Positions 26,592-34,490 of a DNA stretch of 34,490 nucleotides are shown here, in pieces. Position numbers and translations under genes: made by a program. The stretch lies in NCBI GenBank assembly GCA_964581195.1, contig CAZONS010000002.1, positions 1 through 34,490 on the forward strand. Reading direction: 5' to 3'. Below the pieces are notes generated by a model. That model did not search any database and was not told the origin of the DNA. It worked only from the letters and a program-made list of their open reading frames with translations. Each line of letters begins with the position of its first letter. Positions within the stretch are counted from its first letter, which is position 1. The DNA is from an uncultured Thiobacillus sp. (GTDB lineage: Bacteria; Pseudomonadota; Gammaproteobacteria; Burkholderiales; Thiobacillaceae).

Positions 26592-27938
26592 TCATGGCGT
26601 GCCATCCTTGAGCTTGCGCCACAGCGTGGCGGGGTCGATGCCCAGTCGCCGCGCGGTCTGGGTCTTGTTGCCGCCGCTGCGTTCCAGCACGTGGGCGATC
26701 CAGGAGCTCTCCACTTCCGCCAGCGTCGCATCCGCTGGCCAGGGCGTGGCCTGAAGTCGGGCCGGCGCGGGACGCAGGTCGGCGGGCAGGTCGGCCAGCT
26801 CGATGCGCTCGCCTCCGGCGAGCACCAGGGCGCGCTGGATGATCCCCTCCAGCTCGCGCACGTTGCCCGGCCAATCGTATTGCACCAGGCGGCTCAGGGC
26901 GGCCTCGGCGATGCCGCGAACCCGGGGGTTGAGGGCGCGGCCGTGGCGGGCGAGGAAATACTCGGTCAGGGCGGGGATATCCTCTCTGCGTTCACGCAGC
27001 GCGGGTACCGGGATGGGGAAGACGTTGACGCGGAAATACAGATCCTGACGAAAACGGCCGGCGGCCACTTCCGCCTTCAGCGGGAGGTTGCTGGCGAGGA
27101 TCAGGCGCACATCCACGTCGATGGCCTTGACGCCGCCCAGACGCATGAGTCGCTTCTCCTGGATGAATTGCAGCATTCGGGTCTGGGCATCCAGGCTGGC
27201 GCTATTGATCTCATCCAGAAACAAGGTGCCGCCATGGGCCAGTTCGGGCAGGCCAGGCTTGCGCGAGGTGGCGCCGGAGAAGGCGCCCTTCTCGAAGCCG
27301 AACAGTTCCGATTCCAGCAGCGTGGCGGGGAGCGCGCCGCAGTTGAGGGTGAGAAACGAGCTGTCGCGGCGGCTGGACAGGCGATGGATATGTGCCGCCA
27401 GTACACCCTTGCCGGCGCCGGTTTCGCCTTCCAGCAGCACCGGCAAGTCCTTGTCGGCGATCTGGCCCGCCAGTTGCAGGCTCTGCTTCATGGCCGCGGC
27501 GCGGCTGTCCATCAGCGGCGGCGCGGCATGGCTGGCGAGTTGCGCGGAGAGCTGGTCGATGCGGCGGCGCTGGGCCAGGGTTTCGCGCAGACGCTTGAAG
27601 GTCAGCCGCAGCGCATCCAGCTCCAGCGGCTTGAGCAGCACATCCATCACGCCCAGGTGGAAGGCCTCGACCGTGTTGTGGGCGGTGGCGTGGCCGGTCG
27701 CCAGGATCACGGGCATGCCGGCATCCGCTTCGCGGGCCGCGGCGATCAGGGCGAGGCCGTCCTGGCCGGGCAGGCGCAGGTCGGTGAACAGGGCATCCGG
27801 AGGGCTGTCGCGAAGTTCGAGCAGGGCGGCATCGCCGTCGGACGCGGTGAGGGTATCGAAGCCTGCCTCGGCCGCGACACGGGCCAATAATCTGGCCTGG
27901 AGCGCGTCATCCTCGGCGATGAGCAGGGTGAAGGTCAT
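26592..27938 (-). CDS. Sigma54-dependent NtrC-family response regulator (REC, AAA+, Fis-type HTH)
   Basis: 448 aa. Receiver domain LIAEDD...DLRLPGQDG, Walker A GETGAGKG, sigma54-contact loop ESELFGFEKGAFSGA (a GAFTGA variant), Walker B LFLDEI, WPGNVREL, and C-terminal HTH GNKTQTARRLGIDPATLWRKL. Confidence 0.92.
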   Translation of the reverse strand: MTFTLLIAEDDALQARLLARVAAEAGFDTLTASDGDAALLELRDSPPDALFTDLRLPGQDGLALIAAAREADAGMPVILATGHATAHNTVEAFHLGVMDVLLKPLELDALRLTFKRLRETLAQRRRIDQLSAQLASHAAPPLMDSRAAAMKQSLQLAGQIADKDLPVLLEGETGAGKGVLAAHIHRLSSRRDSSFLTLNCGALPATLLESELFGFEKGAFSGATSRKPGLPELAHGGTLFLDEINSASLDAQTRMLQFIQEKRLMRLGGVKAIDVDVRLILASNLPLKAEVAAGRFRQDLYFRVNVFPIPVPALRERREDIPALTEYFLARHGRALNPRVRGIAEAALSRLVQYDWPGNVRELEGIIQRALVLAGGERIELADLPADLRPAPARLQATPWPADATLAEVESSWIAHVLERSGGNKTQTARRLGIDPATLWRKLKDGTP

Positions 27939-29308
27939 GGCGTTTTGTCCTCGGCGGCGGGTGGGAAGACGAGCTGGAAAGCGCAGCCCGCGCGCGTCTC
28001 CGCGAGTTGCAGGATCGCGCCCATTTCCCTGGTCAGGCGCTGGCTGATGGCGAGCCCGAGGCCCGTGCCCTGGCCGGCGGGCTTGGTGGTGACGAAGGGT
28101 TCGAACAGGCGCGCGCGCACTGTCTCGGGCAATCCGGGGCCGTCATCACTGACGGTCAGCATGGGCGCGTGGCCTGGCGCATGGGCCGCGGCGACGGCCA
28201 GGTGGACTTCCCGCGCGCCGGCCTGCGCCGCGTTGAAGACCAGGTTGAACAGCACCTGTTCCACCCGGGCGGCATCGGCGCGGACCATGACCGGGGTTTC
28301 GGCCTCGAGGGAGATGCCGCAGCCCTGCTTGCGCGCCAGCGGTGTGATCAGACGGACGAACGCGCCACACAGTTCGCTCAGGTCCAGCGTGACCAGACTG
28401 GGCGCGGGCGCCCGCGCTGCGGTGAGCATGTCGCGCACGATCCGGCCGGCGCGGCGAGCCTCGGCTTCGATGGTATCCAGGGACTCGCGCATCTCCCCCT
28501 CGGGGGCCAGGGCCAGCGCGCTCTGGGCATAGCCGAGCACATTGGACAGCGGCGTGTTGAGTTCATGCGCGACTTCGCCGGCAATCTGGCCGATCGCGGC
28601 CAGGCGTTGCTCCGAACACAGGCGGCGCAGGGCCTCGTTGCGGGTTTGCGCGGCATCCTCGGCTTCGGCCAGATGATGCGCGATGCGTTCGCGCAGATTG
28701 CCGATGGCGGCGGCGAGTTCGGCGATTTCCTCCGGCGCGCCGTCGGGTACGGATGGCGTGGCGCCTTCCGCGTCGGCCTGCGCGATCAGGCTGGCCATCG
28801 GCTGGATCAACTGGTTCAGCAGCGAACGGCGCAGGGCCCAGAAGGTCAGGGCGGCGAACATGGCCAGGCCGAAGGCGAGCAGTCCGGCCAGTTGCCACAC
28901 GGCGCGTCGACCCGGGGCCGGGTCGTACTGGGCCAGGACTTCGCCGATGGTCTCATCGGCGCCGCCGCCGCTGACCCGCATGGGTGCCCGCAGCATGTCC
29001 AGGTCCGGCACCCGACGTCCCACGCTACCCAGTACCTGGCCGTCGGCGCGGCGGATTTCCACGAAGGCCACGGAACTGGATAAATCGGCCAGGTAGCGTT
29101 CCAAGGTGCCGTAGTCGCGCATCAGCACCGCATCCAGGGAGACGGCGGCGAGCTGGCTGGCCAGCGCGCGCGCCTTGTCCGCCTGGGCTTCCTCGATCAG
29201 GCGCAGCGTGGTTTGCCAGAGCACGCCGCCGAGAACGAAGAAAAAGAACAACCAGGCCACAGCCAGGATGGTGGTGAGACGGAAGGCGAGGGAATGCGGC
29301 CTTACCAT
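27935..29308 (-). CDS. Sensor histidine kinase (2 TM, periplasmic loop of about 130 aa, HisKA, HATPase_c)
   Basis: H-box IAGEVAHELNTPLSNV, N-box FNLVFNAAQAG, G1 SDDGPGL, G2 GQGTGLGLAIS. It has an ATGA overlap with the regulator gene (27935-27938) and a 7-nt overlap with the upstream binding-protein gene. Confidence 0.88.
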   Translation of the reverse strand: MVRPHSLAFRLTTILAVAWLFFFFVLGGVLWQTTLRLIEEAQADKARALASQLAAVSLDAVLMRDYGTLERYLADLSSSVAFVEIRRADGQVLGSVGRRVPDLDMLRAPMRVSGGGADETIGEVLAQYDPAPGRRAVWQLAGLLAFGLAMFAALTFWALRRSLLNQLIQPMASLIAQADAEGATPSVPDGAPEEIAELAAAIGNLRERIAHHLAEAEDAAQTRNEALRRLCSEQRLAAIGQIAGEVAHELNTPLSNVLGYAQSALALAPEGEMRESLDTIEAEARRAGRIVRDMLTAARAPAPSLVTLDLSELCGAFVRLITPLARKQGCGISLEAETPVMVRADAARVEQVLFNLVFNAAQAGAREVHLAVAAAHAPGHAPMLTVSDDGPGLPETVRARLFEPFVTTKPAGQGTGLGLAISQRLTREMGAILQLAETRAGCAFQLVFPPAAEDKTP

Positions 29309-30126
29309 GCCTGCAGCGCCTGTTCCATCCGCCGCACGACCTGAAAATGGGCGTCCTCGATGACGGCGAAAGCGGTATGCGGAGCCAGGGCGTTGAAGGC
29401 GCCCTCACCGGCGCTGTCCGGACGCAGCAGCGCCTGGCGTACCCGGTCGGCGTCCTCCGGCGGTACCTTGGGCGAAGCCGCGATGACGTGAGGCGGCAGC
29501 GGCTGGGAGATGGCCAGGACGCGCAGGCCCCGGGGGGTGTAGGCCCTGGCGATATCCAGGCGCAGGCCGCCGGCGTCGAAGTCGCCGTGGAGTACCGCCA
29601 GGGCGACCCGTTCATGGCGGTCCAGGTGGACGATATCGGCCAGGTCGGCACGTTTCAGTCCGGCCTGGGCGAGGATCAGTTTGGGCGCCACGGAACTGCT
29701 CATGGAGATATCCGCGCCGAGCGCGATGCGTTTGCCGGCCAGGTCGGCGACCCGCCGGACCGGGCTGTCCTTGTGTACCACCAGGGCGCTCTGATAGAAG
29801 GCCTGGCCGTTTTCCGTCTCTCCCGCCAGGATCTCCACTCTGGCCCGTGCCCGCGCGCGCACGTAGGGCGTGGGGCCCATGTAGGCGAAGTCCGCGCGGC
29901 CGCTGGCGATCATGTCGATCTGTTCGTCATAGGTGGCGGCGATGATCAGCCGCATGGGGCGGCCAAGCGCCTCGCCGAGATAGCGCGTCAAGGGCCGGAA
30001 ACGGGCGTAGAGGCGGCTGGGCGTATCGTAGGGATGCACCGCCAGCACCACCGGCGTGGTGGCGGCTTCCACCCGGGCAAACCAGGGGAATAGAGACATG
30101 CCGGCGAGGAAGGCGCGCCGCCTCAT
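29302..30126 (-). CDS. Periplasmic PhnD-like (phosphonate-binding-family, type 2 PBP) solute-binding protein; no transporter genes adjacent
   Basis: Internal ATG of ORF 29302..30246. MRRRAFLAGMSLFPWFARVEA is a signal (possibly Tat-like RRxFL). VLAVHPYDTPSRLYARFRPLTRYLGEALGRPMRLIIAATYDEQIDMIASGRADFAYMGP is the typical PhnD-family N-lobe. Confidence 0.75.
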   Translation of the reverse strand: MRRRAFLAGMSLFPWFARVEAATTPVVLAVHPYDTPSRLYARFRPLTRYLGEALGRPMRLIIAATYDEQIDMIASGRADFAYMGPTPYVRARARARVEILAGETENGQAFYQSALVVHKDSPVRRVADLAGKRIALGADISMSSSVAPKLILAQAGLKRADLADIVHLDRHERVALAVLHGDFDAGGLRLDIARAYTPRGLRVLAISQPLPPHVIAASPKVPPEDADRVRQALLRPDSAGEGAFNALAPHTAFAVIEDAHFQVVRRMEQALQAW

Positions 30127-30216
30127 GCCCGCGCCTCGTTCACCGATGGCCTTCCCAGGGCTTTCGGCGAAGCCCTTCGAACAGTGCCTGAACGTGCGGT
30201 GTGTCCAGCCTGGCCG

Positions 30217-30265
30217 GCGCGGTCGGTTTGCAGCCGGAGATTCCAAAGTCCGACAGGCTCCTGGG
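30217..30265. mobile_element. Solo terminal fragment of the 169-bp MITE-like element
   Basis: GCGCGGTCGGTTTGCAGCCGGAGATTCCAAAGTCCGACAGGCTCCTGG closely matches one arm of copies 1 and 2 at 20895-21228. It lies in the promoter region of the phnD-like/kinase/regulator operon. Confidence 0.5.
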
Positions 30266-30321
30266 GCCGCCGCCCGCCCGCCGCTGGACGGTCATCCGTT
30301 GTGGCCGGCGCGGGAAGACCC

Positions 30322-31080
30322 TCACTTGCCGCCGCCCCGCGCGGCGCTCGCGGCCAGGGCCTGCTCCAGCCGGGCCGCCGGCACGTAGCCGCCGATGCGC
30401 TGGCCGTCGGCCAGGAACAGGGTCGGTGTGCCGGTGATGTTGTACTTGCGGCCGAGGGCCCGCAGTTCATCCAGAGGGACCTCGCAGTCGGAGGCCGGCG
30501 GCAGTCGGCCTGCGAGGATCCAGTCGCGCCAGGCCTGGCCGCGATCCGGTGCGCACCAGATCGCGCGTGTCTTGCTGACGGAATCCTCGGACAGGATGGG
30601 CAGCAGGAAGGTGTGGATGGTCACGTCGTCCAGCGTTTCCAGTTCCTGGGCGAGTTTCCGGCAATAGCCGCAATCGGGATCCTCGAAGGTCACGAGCACC
30701 CGGCTGCCGTCGCCGCGCACCTGCCTGGCCGCCAGTTTCAGCGGCAGCGCGGAAAAATCGATGCGCGCCAGTTCCCGCTGCCGCTCCTGGGTCAGGTTGC
30801 GCTCCTTTTCGAGATCGAGAACGTTGCCGATGAAGATGTGCTCGGCACCGGCGTCGCTGTAGAACAGTTCGCCATCCATGCGGATTTCATAAAGATCGAG
30901 AAAACCGGCCGGGCGGATGCTTTCGATATGGCGCTCGGGTCCTGCCCACTTCTGGATGGCCTGGCGAAGGGCGGCGTGGTCGTCTTGCCGCGGCGCGCAG
31001 GCGCCCAGGATGAGCGCGAGCGTCGCGGCGAGCAGGGTCGTGAGGGTCGGTGGTCGCATGAGGGGAGGAGAAGGTTCCAT
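30322..31080 (-). CDS. DsbC-type thiol:disulfide isomerase-like protein with a lipoprotein signal
   Basis: Internal start of ORF 30322..31305 (ATG at 31080, alternative at 31059). Lipobox LILGAC. Thioredoxin-fold active site DPDCGYCRKL (CGYC as in DsbC) and an N-terminal dimerisation-like region. Confidence 0.8.
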   Translation of the reverse strand: MEPSPPLMRPPTLTTLLAATLALILGACAPRQDDHAALRQAIQKWAGPERHIESIRPAGFLDLYEIRMDGELFYSDAGAEHIFIGNVLDLEKERNLTQERQRELARIDFSALPLKLAARQVRGDGSRVLVTFEDPDCGYCRKLAQELETLDDVTIHTFLLPILSEDSVSKTRAIWCAPDRGQAWRDWILAGRLPPASDCEVPLDELRALGRKYNITGTPTLFLADGQRIGGYVPAARLEQALAASAARGGGK

Positions 31081-31146
31081 GGCAAGGAGTGAAGCATAGT
31101 CGTCTCGTGGCCTTCGCGGCCGATTCGCGCGCGTGCCGCGTTGACG

Positions 31147-31179
31147 AAAAAAAACCTGGCGGACAGGGCGCCCGCCAGG
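31147..31179 (-). terminator. Strong rho-independent terminator after the cytochrome gene
   Basis: The minus strand reads CCTGGCGG, a 9-nt loop, CCGCCAGG, then T8. It lies about 50 nt after the stop at 31232. A second hairpin (CCCGCC..GGCGGG) lies at about 31190-31210. Confidence 0.85.
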
Positions 31180-31231
31180 TTGGCGTTGCTCCCCGCCGGA
31201 TCGGGCGGGAGGCACGGATCGGCCGCGTCGT

Positions 31232-33508
31232 TCAGTCTCCGTTCGGGCCGTCGTGGCAGTCGTAGCAGCCGACCTGCTGGCCGGCGGCATAGTGCTTCTG
31301 CCCACCCTTCACGCTGAAGGTGCGCGCCGTCGCCACCTTGGCCAGGATGCCGCCACGGTAGTCCTTGCCATGACAGGTGGCGCAGGCGGTCGCGTTGTGT
31401 TCCGCGTAGTGTTCGTGCTCGACGACCCAGCCCTGGCCGACCGTATGCAGGCCATGCGGGCCACCCGAGGCGGTCATGGGCACCGTGGCGTGGCAGACCG
31501 AACATTCGCTGACGGTGCCGATATAGCCCTGCAGCTCCAGGCTCTGGACGTTGTCGTTGGCATGCGAGCTGGGGTATTCGGCGTGGGTCGAGCCGTGGCA
31601 GGCCTCGCATTGCAGGTTGCCGTGGCCCTTGCTGAAGCGGTAGAGGGAAAAACCGCCGGCCGGGGTGTTGGCGTTGCTGGCGAACAGGGTGTTGCGGGTG
31701 CCGCGCAGCAGGCCGCCATTGTCGAAGGCCGAGGTCAGACGAACGAAATTGCCGCTCGCGTCCTGGTCATGGCAATGCTGGCAGGTCGGCTGATCCAGCC
31801 AGCCTTCGCGGCCGGCCTGACCCACCTTGCTCATGTTGCCGTGGCAGCTCTGGCAGTCGATGGCATTGCTGCCGTCGGCCTTCTTGGCGTTGCCCATGGC
31901 GCCGCGCAGGCACTTGGTCTGCGAGCCGGGGTGGCAGAGATAGCAGGAGTCGCGGTTGGACAGGTTGTCCAGGGTCAGGTTGCTGGACGGGTCCCGCACG
32001 CTGGCATGGCGTGCATGCAGGGCCTCGGTCAGCGGTTTGATCCCCGCGATCGCCGGTGTGCCCAGGGCGTTGGACTTGTGGCAGCCGGCGCAGAGGACGG
32101 GCTGGCCGGCATTGGCCGTGGCCAGGAGGGTGCCGCCGGTATAGGTGGCCTGCTTGCCCGCGGTCGTGATGGCATTGGGGAATTTCTCGTCATGCAGCCG
32201 CAGGATGTTCTTCTTCCAGTCCTTTTCCGGATCGACATCGTTGACCCAGCCCGCAACCGGCTTGGCGGCGTTTCCGCTGGTCGAGGCGTGGCAGGACTTG
32301 CAGCTCATCTCGTCGGAGACCGGCAGCACGACCTTGGTGGAAGCCAGCACCTGACCCGAGGCATCCTTCGCCACCACCTTGACCATGGGGTAATAGTTCT
32401 TGAAGCCCTTGTCGTCATAGGGCGTGACGGGAATGCCTTCCGCTTCCCACCAGCCTTGCACGCTGTTGTAGGTCATCGCGGCCGGCGTCAGGGACGGTGT
32501 CGGATTGCTGGTGCCGGGGTCGCTCAGGTTCAAGCCCCGGTCGGTCGCGGGCTGGGCGCCGAACAGCTTCAGCACCCAGTCCCAGAAGTTGGTCTTGGTC
32601 GCGCTGCGGGTGTTGATGGAACCGGTGGTATCGGCGACCGCCTCGTAGGTCAGCGTCACCCCCTGCATGACATGTTTGTTGTTGGCGGCCGAGCGCGAGA
32701 TCAGGTGGGCATGCAGGTTGTTGTAGGGCGGCAGGATGGAGAACACGGAGTAGTCCTTGCCATCGACGCAGTGCATGCCGAGATCATTCCAGGCGACCAG
32801 GGCATAACTGCCCGACGCGACGGGTGCCGGCGGCGCGGGCGGCACGTACCCTTCCTCTTCATTCGAGTCGTCGTCCCTGTGTCGCTCGAAGTGCGCCTTG
32901 GCGTCTTCCTTGCTCACCCGGTAGCTGCCGACCAGGCCGGTGACGTGATCATCCGTGGTCTCGTCGTCATCCAGGTCCACGCGCTCCTGCCGTTTCAGGG
33001 TCTCCCGGATGCTGGCGGGGATGTCGATGCCGTTCTCCGGGTTGTCGTCCGCATCCATGGATTGCAGGGTGCGGAGTATCCGCACGACCTTTTCATCATT
33101 GCTGTCACCGGTGCCGATCAGATCCAGCGGCGTGACCTTGCCCGCATTCGGCACGGCGGAGCCGAGATGGAGGTTGCCGACCCTGAAGGTCACCCGCTCA
33201 CCATCGCGATAGATGAAATTGCCATTGCCATCGGTGATGCCGCTGCCCGTGGCGGACTCGAACTCCAGGCCGGACACCGGCGCGTCGATGAAGGTGCCGA
33301 CCAGGGTGCCGCCGCTGGGCGAGGCGGTGGTGGCGCCGCCGCCGCCGCCACCACCGCCGCACCCGGCCAGCAGCCACGCCGTCGCGGCCAGCGCGAGGCG
33401 GGTGCGTGGGGACGACAGTCCGATCATGAAGTGATGTCCCGCCCGCGTGGGCTTGCGTGAGACTTCCGTTGGGTGGCGCGTGCCGCCGGGTGATGAGGTG
33501 GCTTCCAT
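31232..33508 (-). CDS. Nine-heme c-type cytochrome lipoprotein with a large heme-free N-terminal half
   Basis: Part of ORF 31232..33757. The ATG at 33508 has a strong SD (CAGGAGGAGATCATG). An in-frame alternative ATG at 33427 gives a textbook lipoprotein signal MIGLSSPRTRLALAATAWLLAGC followed by G8. Nine CxxCH motifs, all in the last ~330 aa: CKSCH, CAGCH, CYLCH, CQSCH, CQHCH, CEACH, CSVCH, CATCH, CYDCH. Confidence 0.9.
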   Translation of the reverse strand: MEATSSPGGTRHPTEVSRKPTRAGHHFMIGLSSPRTRLALAATAWLLAGCGGGGGGGGATTASPSGGTLVGTFIDAPVSGLEFESATGSGITDGNGNFIYRDGERVTFRVGNLHLGSAVPNAGKVTPLDLIGTGDSNDEKVVRILRTLQSMDADDNPENGIDIPASIRETLKRQERVDLDDDETTDDHVTGLVGSYRVSKEDAKAHFERHRDDDSNEEEGYVPPAPPAPVASGSYALVAWNDLGMHCVDGKDYSVFSILPPYNNLHAHLISRSAANNKHVMQGVTLTYEAVADTTGSINTRSATKTNFWDWVLKLFGAQPATDRGLNLSDPGTSNPTPSLTPAAMTYNSVQGWWEAEGIPVTPYDDKGFKNYYPMVKVVAKDASGQVLASTKVVLPVSDEMSCKSCHASTSGNAAKPVAGWVNDVDPEKDWKKNILRLHDEKFPNAITTAGKQATYTGGTLLATANAGQPVLCAGCHKSNALGTPAIAGIKPLTEALHARHASVRDPSSNLTLDNLSNRDSCYLCHPGSQTKCLRGAMGNAKKADGSNAIDCQSCHGNMSKVGQAGREGWLDQPTCQHCHDQDASGNFVRLTSAFDNGGLLRGTRNTLFASNANTPAGGFSLYRFSKGHGNLQCEACHGSTHAEYPSSHANDNVQSLELQGYIGTVSECSVCHATVPMTASGGPHGLHTVGQGWVVEHEHYAEHNATACATCHGKDYRGGILAKVATARTFSVKGGQKHYAAGQQVGCYDCHDGPNGD

Positions 33509-33556
33509 GATCTCCTCCTGAGTGACGCGTCCTGCTCGCGGCGCGCTGGAAATAAG

Positions 33557-33573
33557 GTGTAAAAACAATACAC
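33557..33573. promoter_or_regulatory. Palindrome GTGT-N9-ACAC, proximal copy, upstream of the cytochrome gene
   Basis: GTGTAAAAACAATACAC (also GTGTA-N7-TACAC) in the only AT-rich stretch of the window, 49 nt upstream of the 33508 start. Confidence 0.3.
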
Positions 33574-33641
33574 AACGATAGGCCGAAATTGACCCCATGA
33601 AAGGTCGGGGCATTCGTACTTTACAGGATCGATCGACATAC

Positions 33642-33658
33642 GTGTAAAAAAAACACAC
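33642..33658. promoter_or_regulatory. Palindrome GTGT-N9-ACAC, distal copy
   Basis: GTGTAAAAAAAACACAC (extended as CGTGT-N9-ACACG). Its centre lies 85 bp, about 8 helical turns, from the proximal copy. Confidence 0.3.
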
Positions 33659-33787
33659 GCATATGGGGCGGGAGGGGGTGGAGGCGCGGGTGTGAATGGC
33701 GATCCGGACCGTCGGATGCGTGCCACGCCGCCCGCGAGGAACTATCCTCGCGCCCACGTTTCAGATACCGCCATCCACGAGAACCCG

Positions 33788-34490
<703 letters not shown>

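Noticed and set aside
31253-33460. 735-aa plus-strand ORF antisense to the cytochrome gene
   Set aside because: A shadow frame with an Ala/Gly/Val/Arg-rich translation. The minus-strand frame carries nine CxxCH motifs and a lipoprotein signal.

Overview
High-GC proteobacterial chromosomal segment. I cannot assign a species. I support 31 protein-coding genes and no rRNA, tRNA or CRISPR. From left to right: (1) Housekeeping genes: a pentapeptide-repeat fragment, a TrmH-family methyltransferase, and divergent ppsR/ppsA. (2) A same-strand run from 4448 to 11812: a ThDP-dependent ALS-like enzyme, a 615-aa GT-A-like protein of unclear family, an embedded vapBC toxin-antitoxin pair, a CapK/PaaK-like adenylating ligase, a YkgJ Cys-cluster protein, a MOSC protein and DUF1415. 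(3) A metal-efflux regulon: an OmpR/EnvZ-type two-component pair, a small Gly/Met-rich secreted protein, and MFP, a CzcA/CusA-type RND pump, a small DUF3240-like protein and an outer-membrane factor. (4) An envelope/redox neighbourhood: a periplasmic two-domain rhodanese, a porin with a coiled-coil N-terminus, a Crp/Fnr regulator, an orphan ExbB-ExbD-TonB set, a translationally coupled operon (PhnD-like binding protein, histidine kinase, sigma54 NtrC-type regulator), a lipidated DsbC-like protein, a monocistronic nine-heme lipoprotein cytochrome c, and the start of a MoxR AAA+ operon. The window carries many small palindromic repeats from at least four REP families plus a 169-bp MITE-like element. 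Several sit in unusual places: inside two coding regions in frame, and as a 126-bp tandem array between two genes of the RND operon. The best candidates for something undescribed are the nine-heme lipoprotein with its sensor and DsbC neighbours, and the ThDP-enzyme/GT-like/CapK-like cluster. All functional calls come from motif recognition by eye. No database search was run.
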